Source: Octopus vulgaris | Taxonomy: Eukaryota | Direction of reading: 5' to 3' | Assembly: GCA_951406725.2 (NCBI GenBank) | Contig: OX597823.1 | Span: 103,354,001 to 103,418,000, forward strand | Length of the DNA: 64,000 nucleotides | In this document: one piece after another, positions 1-13,566 of the stretch | How the letters are laid out: every line of letters starts with the position of its first letter | Position numbering within the stretch: the first letter of the stretch is position 1 | The notes under the pieces: model-generated | Seen by the model: the letters and a program-made list of their open reading frames with translations, nothing else | The model's database searches: none | What the model was told of the DNA's origin: nothing | Program-made: the position numbers and the translations under genes

Positions 1-451
1 CTCTAGTAAGAACATGAATGTTCGTATACACTGCTGATACAGGTGTATACTGTCCTTATTGTGAAAATACCTCGATTCTAGGGGATCCTAAAAATAATTA
101 CCCCCCTCCCCCACACAAGGTTCAAGATTGTACAAAAATATTTGAAATGACGTATAAATATACGCTTACGTGGTCACCCCAGTTTCATCCTACCTGACAG
201 GGCTTCCTCCTCTCTTGTACTCTCGTCTCCTTCCAGACGCTCTCAGACCTTTGCAATCTCTCCTGAACCTTTTTGCCACAACTCCAACCGGATTGCCATC
301 GGAACTTTATACTTCAAGGATTCTACCATCATGGATCTTATTGTACACTGTTAATGGTTTATATATATATATATATATATATAAGAATTTTTTGCGTAAT
401 AAGATAAAAAACCAAGGGTGTATAGATATTAGAGCATTTATAGATAGAAGG

Positions 452-504
452 TCTTACAGTTGTTTCTAGGATATTAATTAATAATAATATCCCTTCATCG
501 GAGA
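452..504 (-). ncRNA. Type I hammerhead ribozyme motif (U4C core) in a short (TA)n-flanked element (~384-563)
   Basis: Minus strand: TCT-CCGATGA-a GGGATATTA..TAATATCCT a-GAAA-CAACTG-TA-AGA. Stem II about 9 bp, near-palindromic stem III, GUA triplet, stem I only 3 bp. Confidence 0.6.
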
Positions 505-559
505 TGGTGTGAGAGGAAAATTAATTCATAGTTAGTTTAGATGTGATACAAAATAGACA

Positions 560-601
<42 letters not shown>

Positions 602-2991
602 GAAAAAATATTAAATAGTGCAATACAGTAGTATTGCTTCCCAGTAAAACAAAGCACCATCAGGTTAAATTATAAATATAGGAAAGTGGTACAACAATGC
701 ACCAATATTTACTGGCAATAGCAGTCGATAATATACACCGCTACAGTAAAGCTTCGCTGTATATATATATATATATATATATATAAAACTAGAATTGAAA
801 AATTCGCACGTTCAAAAGGGTTACAGAATGTGATAATAAACCTTAAAAAGTATGCAACTAGTCGTATTTGTTTATTATCAGATGGAGAGGAACTGAACAA
901 CAGCTAGTATATTATGAGCTGTACTATAAAGAAATGTATTTAAAAAAATATTATTAATATTCATTTTTAGAAAATCATTAGCGATATCTAAAATGACATA
1001 GCATACAACGAAGAAGCGGTGAAAATGAGTAAGACAAAGTTCTCGAAGACAGCTGAATGCCAAACTATCGCACATTGGTTGATTGAATTAAAAATTAATC
1101 AATAAAACGCGATCACCACGCAAACGGCCACGGTTCCCATACACTTTCATTCGCAACCTCGGCTTATATTGTCAGACACACAGCAGACTAGATTGTAACA
1201 TTCTGTTATCGGTTACTGCGTGCCTGACAGATAAAGAGAGAGGGAGAGAGAGAGAGAGAACGATAGATGATAGACAGAGAAAAGTATATCTACAAGATGG
1301 AAATCAAAGAATATATTGATGCCGACACCAATTTTCGTAATGGAGACGTTATTGGAATATTGAAAAATGTGGTTCTATTACAATAGAATCTGATAATAGA
1401 AGCATAATACTTTAATAATTATTAGCGTAACAAGTTTCAAAGCCATGAGACAAACGTATGCGTAGACATTATACTGAAAAACGAATATTGAAGAACATTA
1501 TCTAAGACTTCATATCTAATTTGGCCGAATCATTTACAAGTTCGCTTCTTAATCACGAAGCCCCCCGTTCGATTCCATTGAGTGACATTTTGAGCAAGTG
1601 TTATTTTCCAATAACCTAGTGTCGTCCAAGCCTTGTGAATGAGATCGAGTAGATGGAAACTATTTAGAAGCCCACCTGTTGGACTATACCTGTAATTAAA
1701 AGGTACAGCTTTGTCACATTGATTCTTCCTGAGAATCGATTACATTACGGTGTAGTACTCAGCCACTTATATGTTAATTCAGTCGATAAATCATGGAAAC
1801 CAACGGAGATCCATTTACTTACTTAACTTGTTCAAAGTGTCATTTCATTTTTAAGTTGTAAAATTTGATCCAAATTTGACTGCTAATCTTGGCAGATCGA
1901 ACGACAACGTAGAGTCTCCGTCATTGGCCCATTCATCAGTAAGTTAGTAATGAGGGATCCTCTATGTAGTCGTTTTACTTACAAGAAAAAGCAACCAAAT
2001 CTTCCTCAAATCACACCCTCCTGCTTTAAAAAAGGTAAGACATTTAATACCGTAGTCATAAATATGCAATAAACGAGAGAAAAAAAACACAAAGATGGCG
2101 GTGTTCATGGGTCTGCTCAGTCAAAGCTGACCTGGCGCAAGGAATGTATTACAGGTGATGTGACGACGATGCGAGTGGTAGTGATGGTAGTGTAAAAGAT
2201 GATGCGGTAGTAGTTTGTGGTGGTGGTAGTGAAAGTGGTGTTGGTGGTGATGGTGGTGGCAAAGTGACAAACGGGAGACAGGTGGCTTTTGGCTAAAGAT
2301 TAATAAACAAACACAGTGAGAGGTAATGTATCTAATGACGGCTGACACTCAGTACAAGTGGCGGTGGTGATGGTGGCCATGTCAGTATTGGCGGGGGAAG
2401 ATAAGCATGGCGGTGATGGTGGAAGCTGCTGTTGTGGTGGTGGTGTGCTGGTGGGGGAAGGGAAGGGGATGGTGCAGATATGATGGCAGATAGTAGATTG
2501 AGATGGCGGTTGTAGTGGCGGCGGTTTTAGTAGTGAACTTGTGGCGGTGGTGTGATAGTCACGTAGATGTAATGTGAGTGTAAGTGGTGGGGGTGGTGGT
2601 GGTGGTGGTGGGGCAACGGTGCTATTGGTGTATTATTGATGGCCTACATGTGATGGTGGTATGAAGGCGAAGGCTGTGATGGCGGCAGTGGAGTGGTAGA
2701 GGTGGCGGTGACGGTGATGTAGTGGTGTTTTATTTGGAGTAATATGGTAGAGGTATAGACGAAATATGGTGATGTGCAGAGAACGATGTATCTTAAGAAT
2801 TTTTCAATTTAAGTTTAAAAAATTATTTTAGCTTAGATATTGTTTTCAAATTTTGGCACGAGGCCAGCGATTTTACACAAGGCCAGCACATAGGTATAGA
2901 TATATATATATATACACATACGTATATAAATATATACACACAAGCATACATATATAAATACATATAATTATATGTATTTACACATATGTAG

Positions 2992-3032
<41 letters not shown>

Positions 3033-3290
3033 ACAAATAGTGAAGGATTATCAATCCGGGTAAAATACTTCAAAAGCTCTCTGTTGGCACACAAGGCTAA
3101 CAATATTACTTAGATTAGTGAAGAACCCCAGGTAATCTTGTGATAGGGTCCAAGGTTATGGTTCATCACAATTCTATATTGTAAATCTGTGGACGAGCAT
3201 CAGATAAAATGGTTTTTACACAGATTGATAGATAAGTAACAAGTAAAACATAGTTGTCATTTTATATTTTTCCTTTATTGGGGCAAATCT

Positions 3291-3413
3291 GGCTTACAGC
3301 TGTTTCCAGTAGTCATCATAGGTACATTAGTGATAAGCTTACCCAATTGGTCCATTGGTCAAATGAGGAAAATTGAACGACCTAAGAAAATTAATGCTAC
3401 TCTCATCAGAGCC
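3291..3413 (-). ncRNA. Type I hammerhead ribozyme with long stem II insertion
   Basis: Minus strand: GGCT-CTGATGA-GAGTAGCAT..(~75 nt)..ATGACTACTG-GAAA-CAGCTG-TA-AGCC. Perfect stem I, palindromic stem III ACAGCTGT, GUA triplet. The 10.1-11.1 pair is G.G. Confidence 0.7.
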
Positions 3414-3488
3414 GTTTCTGGTTTTAACAAGCTGAGCTCTGCAATAAAGGAAAAATGTATAATGAACGTTATTTTTAACTTGTTTATA

Positions 3489-3561
<73 letters not shown>

Positions 3562-3569
<8 letters not shown>

Positions 3570-4370
3570 GCCCGGCGTTGCTCGGGGCTTAATTGCTTTA
3601 AAGTACTTTTAATGATTCTACTCAATTATGATTATTGAGACAAAGATTGATATAAGTTTACGGCCAACCGATTGATTTGCATCTGGATAGAAAGCCCTTG
3701 AAAGAGCTTTGCAGCACTCTCAGAAGTGGGTAACAATAGAATGTGAGGTGGCCCTGAAAAGGCTGTGTTATCGTTCTCACAATTGTAACAATTTGGTAGG
3801 TAGTCCTGGAAGGGTGTGTAAAACGTTCGCAGGTGAATACGGCGCCTTCCTTTTCCAAGAACGGCAGCGGACGTGCTGTTACAAAATTTCATGCTCTGTG
3901 AAAACAATAGATGCTCTATGGAGGAAAGAGGAGGATTAATCATGGGTAAGTAAATACAGGTAAGTTTGAAAATATACAACAATAGCATCTACTCACCATA
4001 TGTCGGAGCGTCGAGGAAAAAGATCCCCCCAGCTTTGTCCCGGACACAATTAATAACAGAATGGTAAGCAAACTTCTGTTGTGGAAGGAGCTATGGCTCA
4101 TTCTCCGCTATGTACTGGGCAAGCTCGTCAACATTATAACATGTGTCACGCAGCAAATCCGAAGACAGTGTGTTTGTGCCTTCCCGGTTTGTTGAAGGTA
4201 GGTCATACACCACCACGCACTACCCATATTGAGAACAGTATCTTCGATTTCAAGCAGCGCCCTGTTGTAAATGAGGTCACTGTACCCGACCTCCATTGAT
4301 GGATTTAGCAACTGAGCCTGACGCAGGAAATCTTCAGACATGTATTCTTTGGCTGCAAAGGATTGAAACA
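3562..4370 (-). mobile_element. Helitron remnant: decayed RepHel (Pif1 helicase region) fragments plus 3' hairpin
   Basis: Minus-strand peptides KEYMSEDFLRQAQ..IYNRALLEIEDTVLNMG and VRDKAGGIFFLDAP (precedes Walker A) resemble Helitron RepHel. The 3' hairpin CCCGAGCAACGCCGGG at ~3569-3584 is identical to that of the element at 13566. Frameshifted and internally deleted. Confidence 0.8.
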
Positions 4371-4384
4371 AGTAAAAGAATAAG

Positions 4385-4423
<39 letters not shown>

Positions 4424-4607
4424 GAGTCACCATGATTGATCGCTAGCTCCGAAGTTTTTGTTATTCTCTCGTGTTTATTTCCTCGTGTTCCTTTCTGCTG
4501 GAGAGCGTAGGCTTGAAACGTAAAAGACTTTCTCACCTTCCCGAGCGTTAAACTAATACACCTGTTTGTTGTTTATGCACCTGTCTTCGTCTTTTGTTTT
4601 TCCGTAA

Positions 4608-4612
<5 letters not shown>
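4424..4612 (+). mobile_element. Short PLE-like 3'-end element with decayed HHR (CTGTAGA family)
   Basis: Homologous to 10219-10356. Core degraded to CTGCTGG..GAGCGTAGGCTT-GAAACGTA-AAAG. Flanked by (TA)n. Confidence 0.65.
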
Positions 4613-4689
<77 letters not shown>

Positions 4690-5043
4690 TTTATACATAT
4701 ATGGATAAATATCTGCCAAACTACGTACACAGGTATACACATATACATTCATACGCTACTGGCTCATATGTACACACAGACACACACATACATATAAATA
4801 TGCAGTATACCTCTTGAAAAATCCTTTCAAAGTCCAAAACAACAAGCCATGTAAATAAAGTACAAATGAATTCTGCGAAATTGTAGGCTTTAAATTAAAA
4901 CTATTAAATCAACATTCATTAGTTCTATAGAAATTTGCTGTATTATAAACCGATCAACTTTGCTAATTGGTTTACGCATGGAAAACGACGGGAGACCCTA
5001 TATATATATTATATTTTAGTTGAATTTTATCTATTATTTAAAA

Positions 5044-5737
5044 CCTCCTCCTCCTCCTCCTCCTCCTTCTTCTTCTTCTTCTTCTTCTTCTTCTTCCTCC
5101 TCCCCCTCCTCTTCTTCTTCTTCTTCTTCTTCCTCCTCCTCTTCTTCTTCTTCTTCTTCTTCTTCTTCTTCTTCCTCCTCCCCTTCCTTTTCTTCTTCTT
5201 CTTCTTCTTCTTCTTCCTCCTACCCTTACCCTTTCTTCTTCTTCTTCTTCTTCTTCTTCTTCTTCTTCCTCCTCCTCCTTCCCTTCTTCTTCTCCTTCTT
5301 CTTCCTTCTTCGTCGTCTTCTTCTTCTTTCTCCTCTTAATCCTCCTCCTCCTTCCATCCTTCCCTTCTTCTCCTTCTTCTTCTTCCTTCTTCGTCGTCTT
5401 CTTCTTCTTCCTCCTCTTAATCCTCCTCCTCCTCCTCCCCCTCCCCTTCTTCTTCGTCTTCTTCTTCCTCCTCCTTCCCTCTCCCTTCTTCATCTTCTTC
5501 TTCCTCCTCCCCCTCCCCTTCTTCTTCGTCTTCTTCTTCCTCCTCCTCCTCCTCCCCCTCCCCTTCTTCTTCGTCTTCTTCTTCCTCCTCCTTCCCTCCC
5601 CCTCCCCTTCTTCTTCGTCTTCTTCTTCTTCCTCCTCCTTCCCTCCCCTTCTTCGTCTTCTTCTTCTTCTTCCTCCTCCTTCCCTCCTCCCCCTTCTTCT
5701 TCTTCTTCTTCTTCTTCTTCTTCTTCTTCGTCTTCTT
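5044..5737. repeat. ~700-bp polypyrimidine (TTC/TCC) low-complexity tract with internal higher-order duplications
   Basis: Almost pure C/T on the plus strand, with recurring blocks such as CTTCGTCGTCTTCTTCTT..TCCTCTTAATCCTCCT. Confidence 0.95.
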
Positions 5738-7338
5738 GCTATTTTGATCTCGCTGTTACTTCCCACTTTTACCTTTTCCTCGCCCTCCCTCTACCGTGAT
5801 GGGGCTTTGCGTTTATATATATTGGGCATCTTTAACTGCTAAAATTTATTCCTTCCCAATGATAATATAGGCGAAACTATAATTTAAAATTGCATACTCT
5901 GATTCATATTCGCTAACACCACTTTACTGCATGCATACGTATGCACAATGCACACTGCTGCACTTAATGATCACTTAATGATTACAGAAACGTCTGGATT
6001 CTTTTTTTTCTTATCTGTCATTTTAGAGTATGCATTCACCGGAAATTTAACTACCTATGAAGAATTACTATTTCCTGTTTTTCTGCTTAATTACGTTCAG
6101 ATTCTATATAATTAATTTATAAATACTTTGCTGCACTAACAATCGCCTGTCCTGGATTGCATCTTCCGTCGTTTGATGTTGGATTTTAGAAATTTGATCC
6201 GGTCTTAACACTAACTTGTCTGTACCTTATGATAAGTTTTTGCCGTACTCTTACGCATGATACACACACACAGAACGTTGACTGCTCAAGGCTGGGAATT
6301 TGTTCTATTAAACCTCAGCATAACTACAATCCAACGCTTAAAACACATGAAAGAATTAAAAAAGATAGATGGTCATGGGCTAAATGTCTTTAATTACACG
6401 TCTCTTCGACCGAGCTTAACTTTGGTAGCAACAGCAAAAACAATAACACATAGTATTAAGATGTTTCTTTATTAGCCACACAGGGCTGAACACAGTGGGG
6501 ACAAAGTAGAGCTTTTCTTTTTGGGGAGAAAAAAAAATAAAAAGGTAGGTAGGTTTTCGATCAAAAGGGATCGTAAAAAGAGAAGAAAAAAAAAACGATC
6601 AATAGGGTTCGTGTATCACAGAAATGTCATGATGTAAAGTGTAAAGGGAGATACAGATAAGGTTTATCCTTGGATAGAAAAGCCTACGGAAAAGACCTCG
6701 TCAATAATGTCACATGTTAACACATTTATTTGCAAGTAAGTAACTATCTGTTTTAAAATTTTCCGGGTTCATGGAATTATGCTCAAGGTGGTTTTCGTCA
6801 TTCATACAAGATGATAATCTCTTAGCTCAACTACGAAATTTAACTCATCACTCTGCTGAGTAGTCCGACTAGTAGATAATTTTATCAGAATCTACTTTGT
6901 TGTAGGCATTCTGGCCAGGGTAGAGGTTTTTTTTCTCTGTTCCTTCAAAATAGCCCTCTAACGAGTACTCCATACAAAAATAAGATTAAAAATTGCATAA
7001 AAGAACTGTAGCAGCGGTTTTCAAGTTTGTTTATCGTAACTAGAGTTATTTTGAAATACTCCAGGGTATTCAACTATGAGTAATACGTAGTCAGTATATC
7101 TTTATTTACTGTTTTCAAGATTATTTAATTTAACGCCATCTCAGAATTGTTGATATATGTGTATATACATTATATGAATGCAAGCAAAGATTGTTCATAC
7201 ATACATGTACGCATATACATACGTGCGCGCAAGCACATATAAACTTTCATGCGTGCATGAATACATTCCCTAATACATACAGGGAAACATAGAAACATAT
7301 ATGTAAACACACACATGCACACTTATATATAGTGTATC

Positions 7339-7394
<56 letters not shown>

Positions 7395-7399
7395 TACAC

Positions 7400-7442
<43 letters not shown>

Positions 7443-7546
7443 GATACACTATATATAAGTGTGCATGTGTGTGTTTACATATGTTTCTATGTTTATATAT
7501 ATATATATACACACATATATATATATATACACACACATATATATAT

Positions 7547-7616
<70 letters not shown>

Positions 7617-8059
7617 ACATACATAATTTAAGAGTAGCTAAACACATTTATAGTAGATAAAAATGGAAATTGTAAGTTTATATGGTTATATATACTTATA
7701 CATACGCATATGCGTTATATATATCTATATATGTACATATGTGTGTGTGTGAGTGTGTGTGTTTGTGCGCATGCGTATGCGTGTAAATATATATATATGC
7801 GTTTAAGTATATACATATGTATGCATGTATAAAATTATCCAGCTTCCTTTTTCTTTTTTTTTTATTTGAGTTCTTTGCCGGTTTTTAAGAATAGTAAAGT
7901 TAGCAACACCAACATCAGCAGTTCTTGACTCTCAGACTCTCATTCTCCAGGTCCTCTCTTGCATCCTGTTTATATTTGGTAGATATTACCAGCAGATTTT
8001 GAATACTTCACCGTTCGTTTCATATTTAGAAGATGCTTAATTCTGTTTAGCTCTATTGT

Positions 8060-8400
8060 AGTCGTAAGAGTACGATCGCAAATATAGGCGCAGATTTTGG
8101 TGTTCTTTCGAAGGATCTCCAGAGCAACGTTATTGGACAATGAAAGGTCACAGCTCCGGTATTACGGACATATTAAAATGCTGCAATAAAAAAAAATCGT
8201 AAGATGGATTCTTCAAGTCAAGCAAACCAGTAAGAACCCTAGGGGCAGACCTAGAACGAGATGGTTGGATAATATTCATAATGTCAGTTGGTCACGCGTG
8301 GCAATCCAGCCTGTAAGTCTAATGACGCTTGCTTCTGATCGGACTCTGTGGAGGAGGTACCTGAAAACTCTATTCCACGACCTCCCCAGAATAGTCGGTG
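8060..8400 (+). mobile_element. RTE-clade LINE 3' fragment (C-terminus of RT ORF)
   Basis: Peptide ERSQLRYYGHI..RGRPRTRWLDNI..LASDRTLWR matches the RTE C-terminal QLRW.GH / RGRP..RW.D / DR..WR motifs. Confidence 0.8.
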
Positions 8401-8651
8401 GAGATGATGGATAGATTGTATATGAACAGTGTGTTTAATTTAGCATTGTGCTACGGTATATGGATTCTTTCTCTAATTATATTTCAGTTTTCACTTATCA
8501 AGAACATCTCATTTCCTCGAGTGCATTCCAACACGCAAGCAGGACTGAACAAAAGGAAATTTAAATTCAAATTTACTTAAATAAATATCATACGAGATAA
8601 ATTTCCATTTAGTGAAGTACTTTCTGTTTGTTACTGAAAGCAGAAAGCTCG

Positions 8652-8779
<128 letters not shown>

Positions 8780-8812
8780 GTTTTGTATGTATGTATGCGT
8801 TTATGTATGTAT

Positions 8813-8915
8813 GTCAGGTCACTTATGAGGCTCTCAAAATGCCACTGGCAACATGGAATCCAGTACAACTTGTTGCATGGTCGGGTTGTCGGCGACTAAA
8901 CCGGCAACCTCACCA
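8813..8915 (+). mobile_element. 5' fragment of the RTE-derived element family seen at 32632
   Basis: Shares GTCAGGTC..CCAGTACAAC.TGTTGCATGGTCGGGT.GTCGGCGACTAAACCGGCAACC with 32632-32720. Both copies start right after a TATG-rich tract. Confidence 0.65.
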
Positions 8916-9210
8916 GGTTACTCTGGTGAGGAGGTTGCTAGAAACCCAGCAGGATTAAAAACGAGACCTGTTATGGGTGAGTATGCACGCGCCATGCAAC
9001 TTGCGCGAGGGCGTTTACACATCCATATCTGTTAACGGTTATTTTAAATACTTTTCTCGATGGATTGCATGTTCGTTTCTTTTTTGCATCTGTGAACTTA
9101 TTTTTGTTCTTCTATATAAATGAAGATATTTCCTTCGTTTTGCTGCCTTTCTTTCTTCGAAATGAGAAAAGTCATTGCGGAACTGTTATTTTAACAAGTT
9201 ATATCTATTC

Positions 9211-9317
9211 ATCACCCGATGAGACATATCTGCACCACCGGATGCTACCTGAACCAGTTGTTAAGTGTTCCACCCGTGAGGGACCGATGCTAGATGTGTA
9301 GAAACAATTGTCGGGAT
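9211..9317 (+). ncRNA. Hammerhead motif with long stem II (same family as 28718-28823)
   Basis: ATCAC-CCGATGA-GACATATCT..AGATGTGTA-GAAA-CAATTG-TC-GGGAT. Palindromic stem III ACAATTGT, GUC triplet, C11.1 mutated to A. The element ends at (TA)n near 9355. Confidence 0.65.
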
Positions 9318-9354
9318 AAATGCAAATTCTCGATTATTCCATCTTCCGTATTTC

Positions 9355-9393
<39 letters not shown>

Positions 9394-9398
<5 letters not shown>

Positions 9399-9570
9399 TT
9401 CCAAAAAAACAAAACAAAAACAAAGACAGGCGGTGTAGAAAGCAAACAGATGTATTAGTATAACGCTCAGGTATTGAAAAAGTCTTTTACGTTTCGAGCC
9501 TACGCTCCTCTACAGAAAGAGGCACAGAAAAAAAGGAGAAAGAAAAATGTGTGTTTGTGGCTAGTGTGTG
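9394..9570 (-). mobile_element. Short PLE-like element with minimal HHR, CTGTAGA core (HHR 9484-9519)
   Basis: Minus strand: CTTT-CTGTAGA-g GAGC GTAG GCTC-GAAA-CG-TA-AAAG. 3' end abuts (TA)n. Confidence 0.75.
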
Positions 9571-10069
9571 TGTATATACATCTATATACATATACATATA
9601 TATATATATATATAAACACACCATACATACACACAAAGACACACACACACATACACAGTCACACACGTCTTCTTTCTCTCTCACACACATAAACGTATGC
9701 ATATACATGTATACATCCATGTTTAAAAATATTCCTCCTCTCCCTATTACTACTATTGTCCTCGCAATTGATGTAGCGTATGTTGAGTGACGCACCAATA
9801 CGCTCTCAACGAACCGAATCTGAAGTCAGGTTTCGATTTAAAGTTGGAGCCGTTTCAAGACATTTACATTGTAAATATTCATCGGGAAGTATTAGATGTC
9901 ACATATTATAGTAACCTTTCTCATGAAAATGAGGCTGTGGAGTTATTTTTTATTGACTGGTCTAAGTTGTTCAAATTGCACGTGTTGGTAAAGTAACCCT
10001 TCCCCTATACAAACGTTGTATTCGACAAAGTGTCCATTACAAGCTATGTTTTTTTGCCATCGTTGGAAC

Positions 10070-10354
10070 CGGAGTGGCTGTGTGGTTAGAAGCATGCTTC
10101 CAAACAACATGGCACCTCGGGTAAGTGTCTTCTACTATAGCCTCGGGCCAACGGAAGGCTTGTGAGTGGATTTGGTAGACGGAAACTGAAAGAAGCCCGT
10201 CATATATATATATATATATTTCTGTGTCCCTTTCTGTAGAAGAGCGTAGGCTCGAAACGTAAAAGACTGTTTCTATTCCTGAGCGTTATACTAATACATC
10301 TGTTTGTTTTCCACACCACCTGTCTTCGTCTTTTGTTATTTCCGTAAACTCTCC

Positions 10355-10431
<77 letters not shown>

Positions 10432-10548
10432 GATTTCTCTTATATAGTCCTGAAACTCCTCTATATAATAAATTAATTTACTTGCTATGTTTAGTACCTT
10501 ATTTACTGTGGTTAACCCCGAATCAACCCGGGACCTACAATATATATA

Positions 10549-10584
<36 letters not shown>

Positions 10585-10765
10585 TGTATGTATGTATGTA
10601 TGTATGTATGTATGTATGTATGTATGTATGTATATATACGTGTACGTATGTGTGTCTGTGTGGGTCTGTGTCTTTGTGCTTGTGTTTGGTACTACTCAGG
10701 CTTGACGACTGGTATTGGTGTGTTTACGCACCTGTAACTTGCAGTTCGGCAAAAGAAACTGAATC
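10070..10765 (+). mobile_element. tRNA-derived SINE (family B) split by insertions in its internal microsatellite
   Basis: 5' half 10070-10200 (GGAGTGGCTGTGTGG..GAAAGAAGCCCGTC) and 3' half ~10650-10765 match the intact copy at 51171-51545. Confidence 0.75.
10219..10356 (+). mobile_element. Short PLE-like element with minimal HHR, CTGTAGA core (HHR 10230-10265)
   Basis: CTTT-CTGTAGA-a GAGC GTAG GCTC-GAAA-CG-TA-AAAG, with (TA)n on both sides. Confidence 0.8.
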
Positions 10766-10788
10766 GTCATGGCTGAACGAAATTCACC

Positions 10789-10819
<31 letters not shown>

Positions 10820-10829
10820 CATATGCACG

Positions 10830-10865
<36 letters not shown>

Positions 10866-10878
10866 ACATACATATACA

Positions 10879-10938
<60 letters not shown>

Positions 10939-11081
10939 AGTGAATTGAAGAAATGAGTTGAACGAAGATTGAACAGAAATCGTATTATTGCATTCTGTCC
11001 AATCTTCGTTCAACTCCATTTCTTCAATTCACTAATAATATTAAAATATATATATATATATATTTATACATATGCAACAAG

Positions 11082-11119
<38 letters not shown>

Positions 11120-11574
11120 GTATATATATATATATATATATATAGGAGAGGAAAAATTATAATAAGGCAGAATGCTAAATTGAAAGTAAATTTTAATAAA
11201 AATGGGTGTATGGAAAATTAAAAAAGAAAAGATAATAAATCAAACCGGTTTTTATTGCAAGGCAAATTTTCAAGATTTGGAAGAGGAAAAAGAAATTTAC
11301 AACGTTTTTTCAAAAAAATAATAATACATATACACAAAAAATAATAAATAAGTATACCAATACATTGTAGAGTCTTTATGCTTTTAGAGTTCAATAATAG
11401 TCCTTGGAAAAACTTCTTTGGAAGATTAGGATCCATCTGCTTAAATCTAGTGTTTAGTTTAAAGCGTTGGGTGAATGTGTGTGTGTATATATGTATATAT
11501 ATACATATATATACGTATATATATACGTGTGTATATATATATATATACATATACATACGTATATATGTATGTAT

Positions 11575-11606
<32 letters not shown>

Positions 11607-11650
11607 TGTATGTATGTATGTATGTATGTATGTATATATATCTATATCTA

Positions 11651-11764
<114 letters not shown>

Positions 11765-13064
11765 CAAAGGTCATTCTCGAGCCATAAGCTCGTACGGCCG
11801 GTTTCTCGGATTCTGTTGTGTGTATGTTGTCTACTCCACCTTTGCGGGACGCAGGTTTGCTGCAGGAATACTTGTTTTTGTCAGCCGAATGGACAGCAGC
11901 AACTGGAAATGAAATGTCTTGCATAAGAAAACAACGCATCGCTCCGTCCAGGAATGGAAACCACAAATCTAGCGATCATAAGTGCAGACTCATAGACGCA
12001 CATACGTAATACATACATACATAGATGCACACACACATTCATACACACATACATACACATATTCATGTATGCATACATACATACTTACATGCATTCATAT
12101 ATGCACCCCCACATATACATATATACATATTCCCCACCTCCATACATATATACATGCATACATGGCACATTTATAATGGAATTGTTTTAATTATTAATGG
12201 TTTTAACCCATTTCGCTGCCAGTAACAAAATCCTGAAATATTCGTTTAGCATATCATGTATATTAATTAAGTAATGTGAAAGTGCGTGTGCGCGCGCGCG
12301 CGTGTTTGTGTGTGTGCACGCAGGCTGAGTATGAAATGTCTGTGCTGTGAGGTCGATTGCTAGTTCATGCAATTAGTGCGCGCTGCTTCTGCTTTCTGTT
12401 CTCTGCCCCCAGCTTTTGCCGCTGGCTAGTACCTCGGTAGGATGGGAAAGATATGCCAAGCATGCATGTCTCCATTTGTCCCTTTCAGCTGGTCGACTGC
12501 CTCTCTACTACCAAGGCTCTTGCTGTGCCGCTTCATAGCCATACATGGTAAAATGTTACCTTACGGTCCGAGGTTAAACTATGGGGGTACTTCGGAGTGA
12601 AGTGGGCCCGAAAGATTAAAGACGATTAGGGCTATTGGTTTTCAGCTTTAGCATAATACCAAGGACTGACATGACTCAGCTATGAATGACAGCCCATTCA
12701 GGCTAATGATGTTCCGAACAAAATCTGAGGGTGCCGGTCACATGTGGTTCGCATGTTGCTTGAAGGTTTCGGAGTTAAGGACGGGTAAGCATTTATGCTT
12801 AAAACGGCTTGAGCAGAACTGGGAGCAGCTCTGCCTCATATTCCTTAAACAGTATTGTAAAGACTAATAGGGGAGAAAACTATTGGAATTCGTATACTTA
12901 CATCTATAGAAGACCATCGGAATCTTGACGTTTGAAGGGTTGTTTCTAGCATATGTACAAGCCAGCGATTTAGAGGGGGGAGGGTTTATTCGATTACATC
13001 AAGTCCTATACTTGAATGGAACTTTATTTTATCGATTCTAGGGTTGAGGGGTGGATGAAAAACA

Positions 13065-13123
<59 letters not shown>

Positions 13124-13152
13124 GTCTGTCTGTCTATCTGTTTGTCCATCTA

Positions 13153-13184
<32 letters not shown>

Positions 13185-13506
13185 CCAGCCAGCCTGCCTG
13201 CCTGTCTGCCTGTCTACCTGTAGATCTGTCTCTCTGCCTGTCTGTGTGCATGTATGCATATATATATATGTAGATATGTAGATTTAAAACAAATGTCAAG
13301 AATTGTAACACGGAGAGTGAAAACAAAGCGTAATTATTCGTTTGATGATCAATAAGAGATTAAGGAAGGAGACGTTTCAAACGTAGGCACTTCTTCAGAA
13401 AGTCACATAACTATTTAAAGGAAGAAAATGTAAAGGAAGAAAAGATTGAAAATTGGCAATAACGGAGAAATACGCGTTGCCTGTTGCTCTGTTTCAAGCC
13501 ATTTTG

Positions 13507-13565
<59 letters not shown>

Positions 13566-13566
<1 letters not shown>

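Noticed and set aside
5020-5799. Ser/Pro/Leu-rich and Arg/Lys/Glu-rich ORFs
   Set aside because: Translations of the TTC/TCC tract.
13365-13403. Minus-strand CTGAAGA..GAAACGTC as an active ribozyme
   Set aside because: Stem II is mostly G-U and stem I does not pair. Counted only as a decayed motif.
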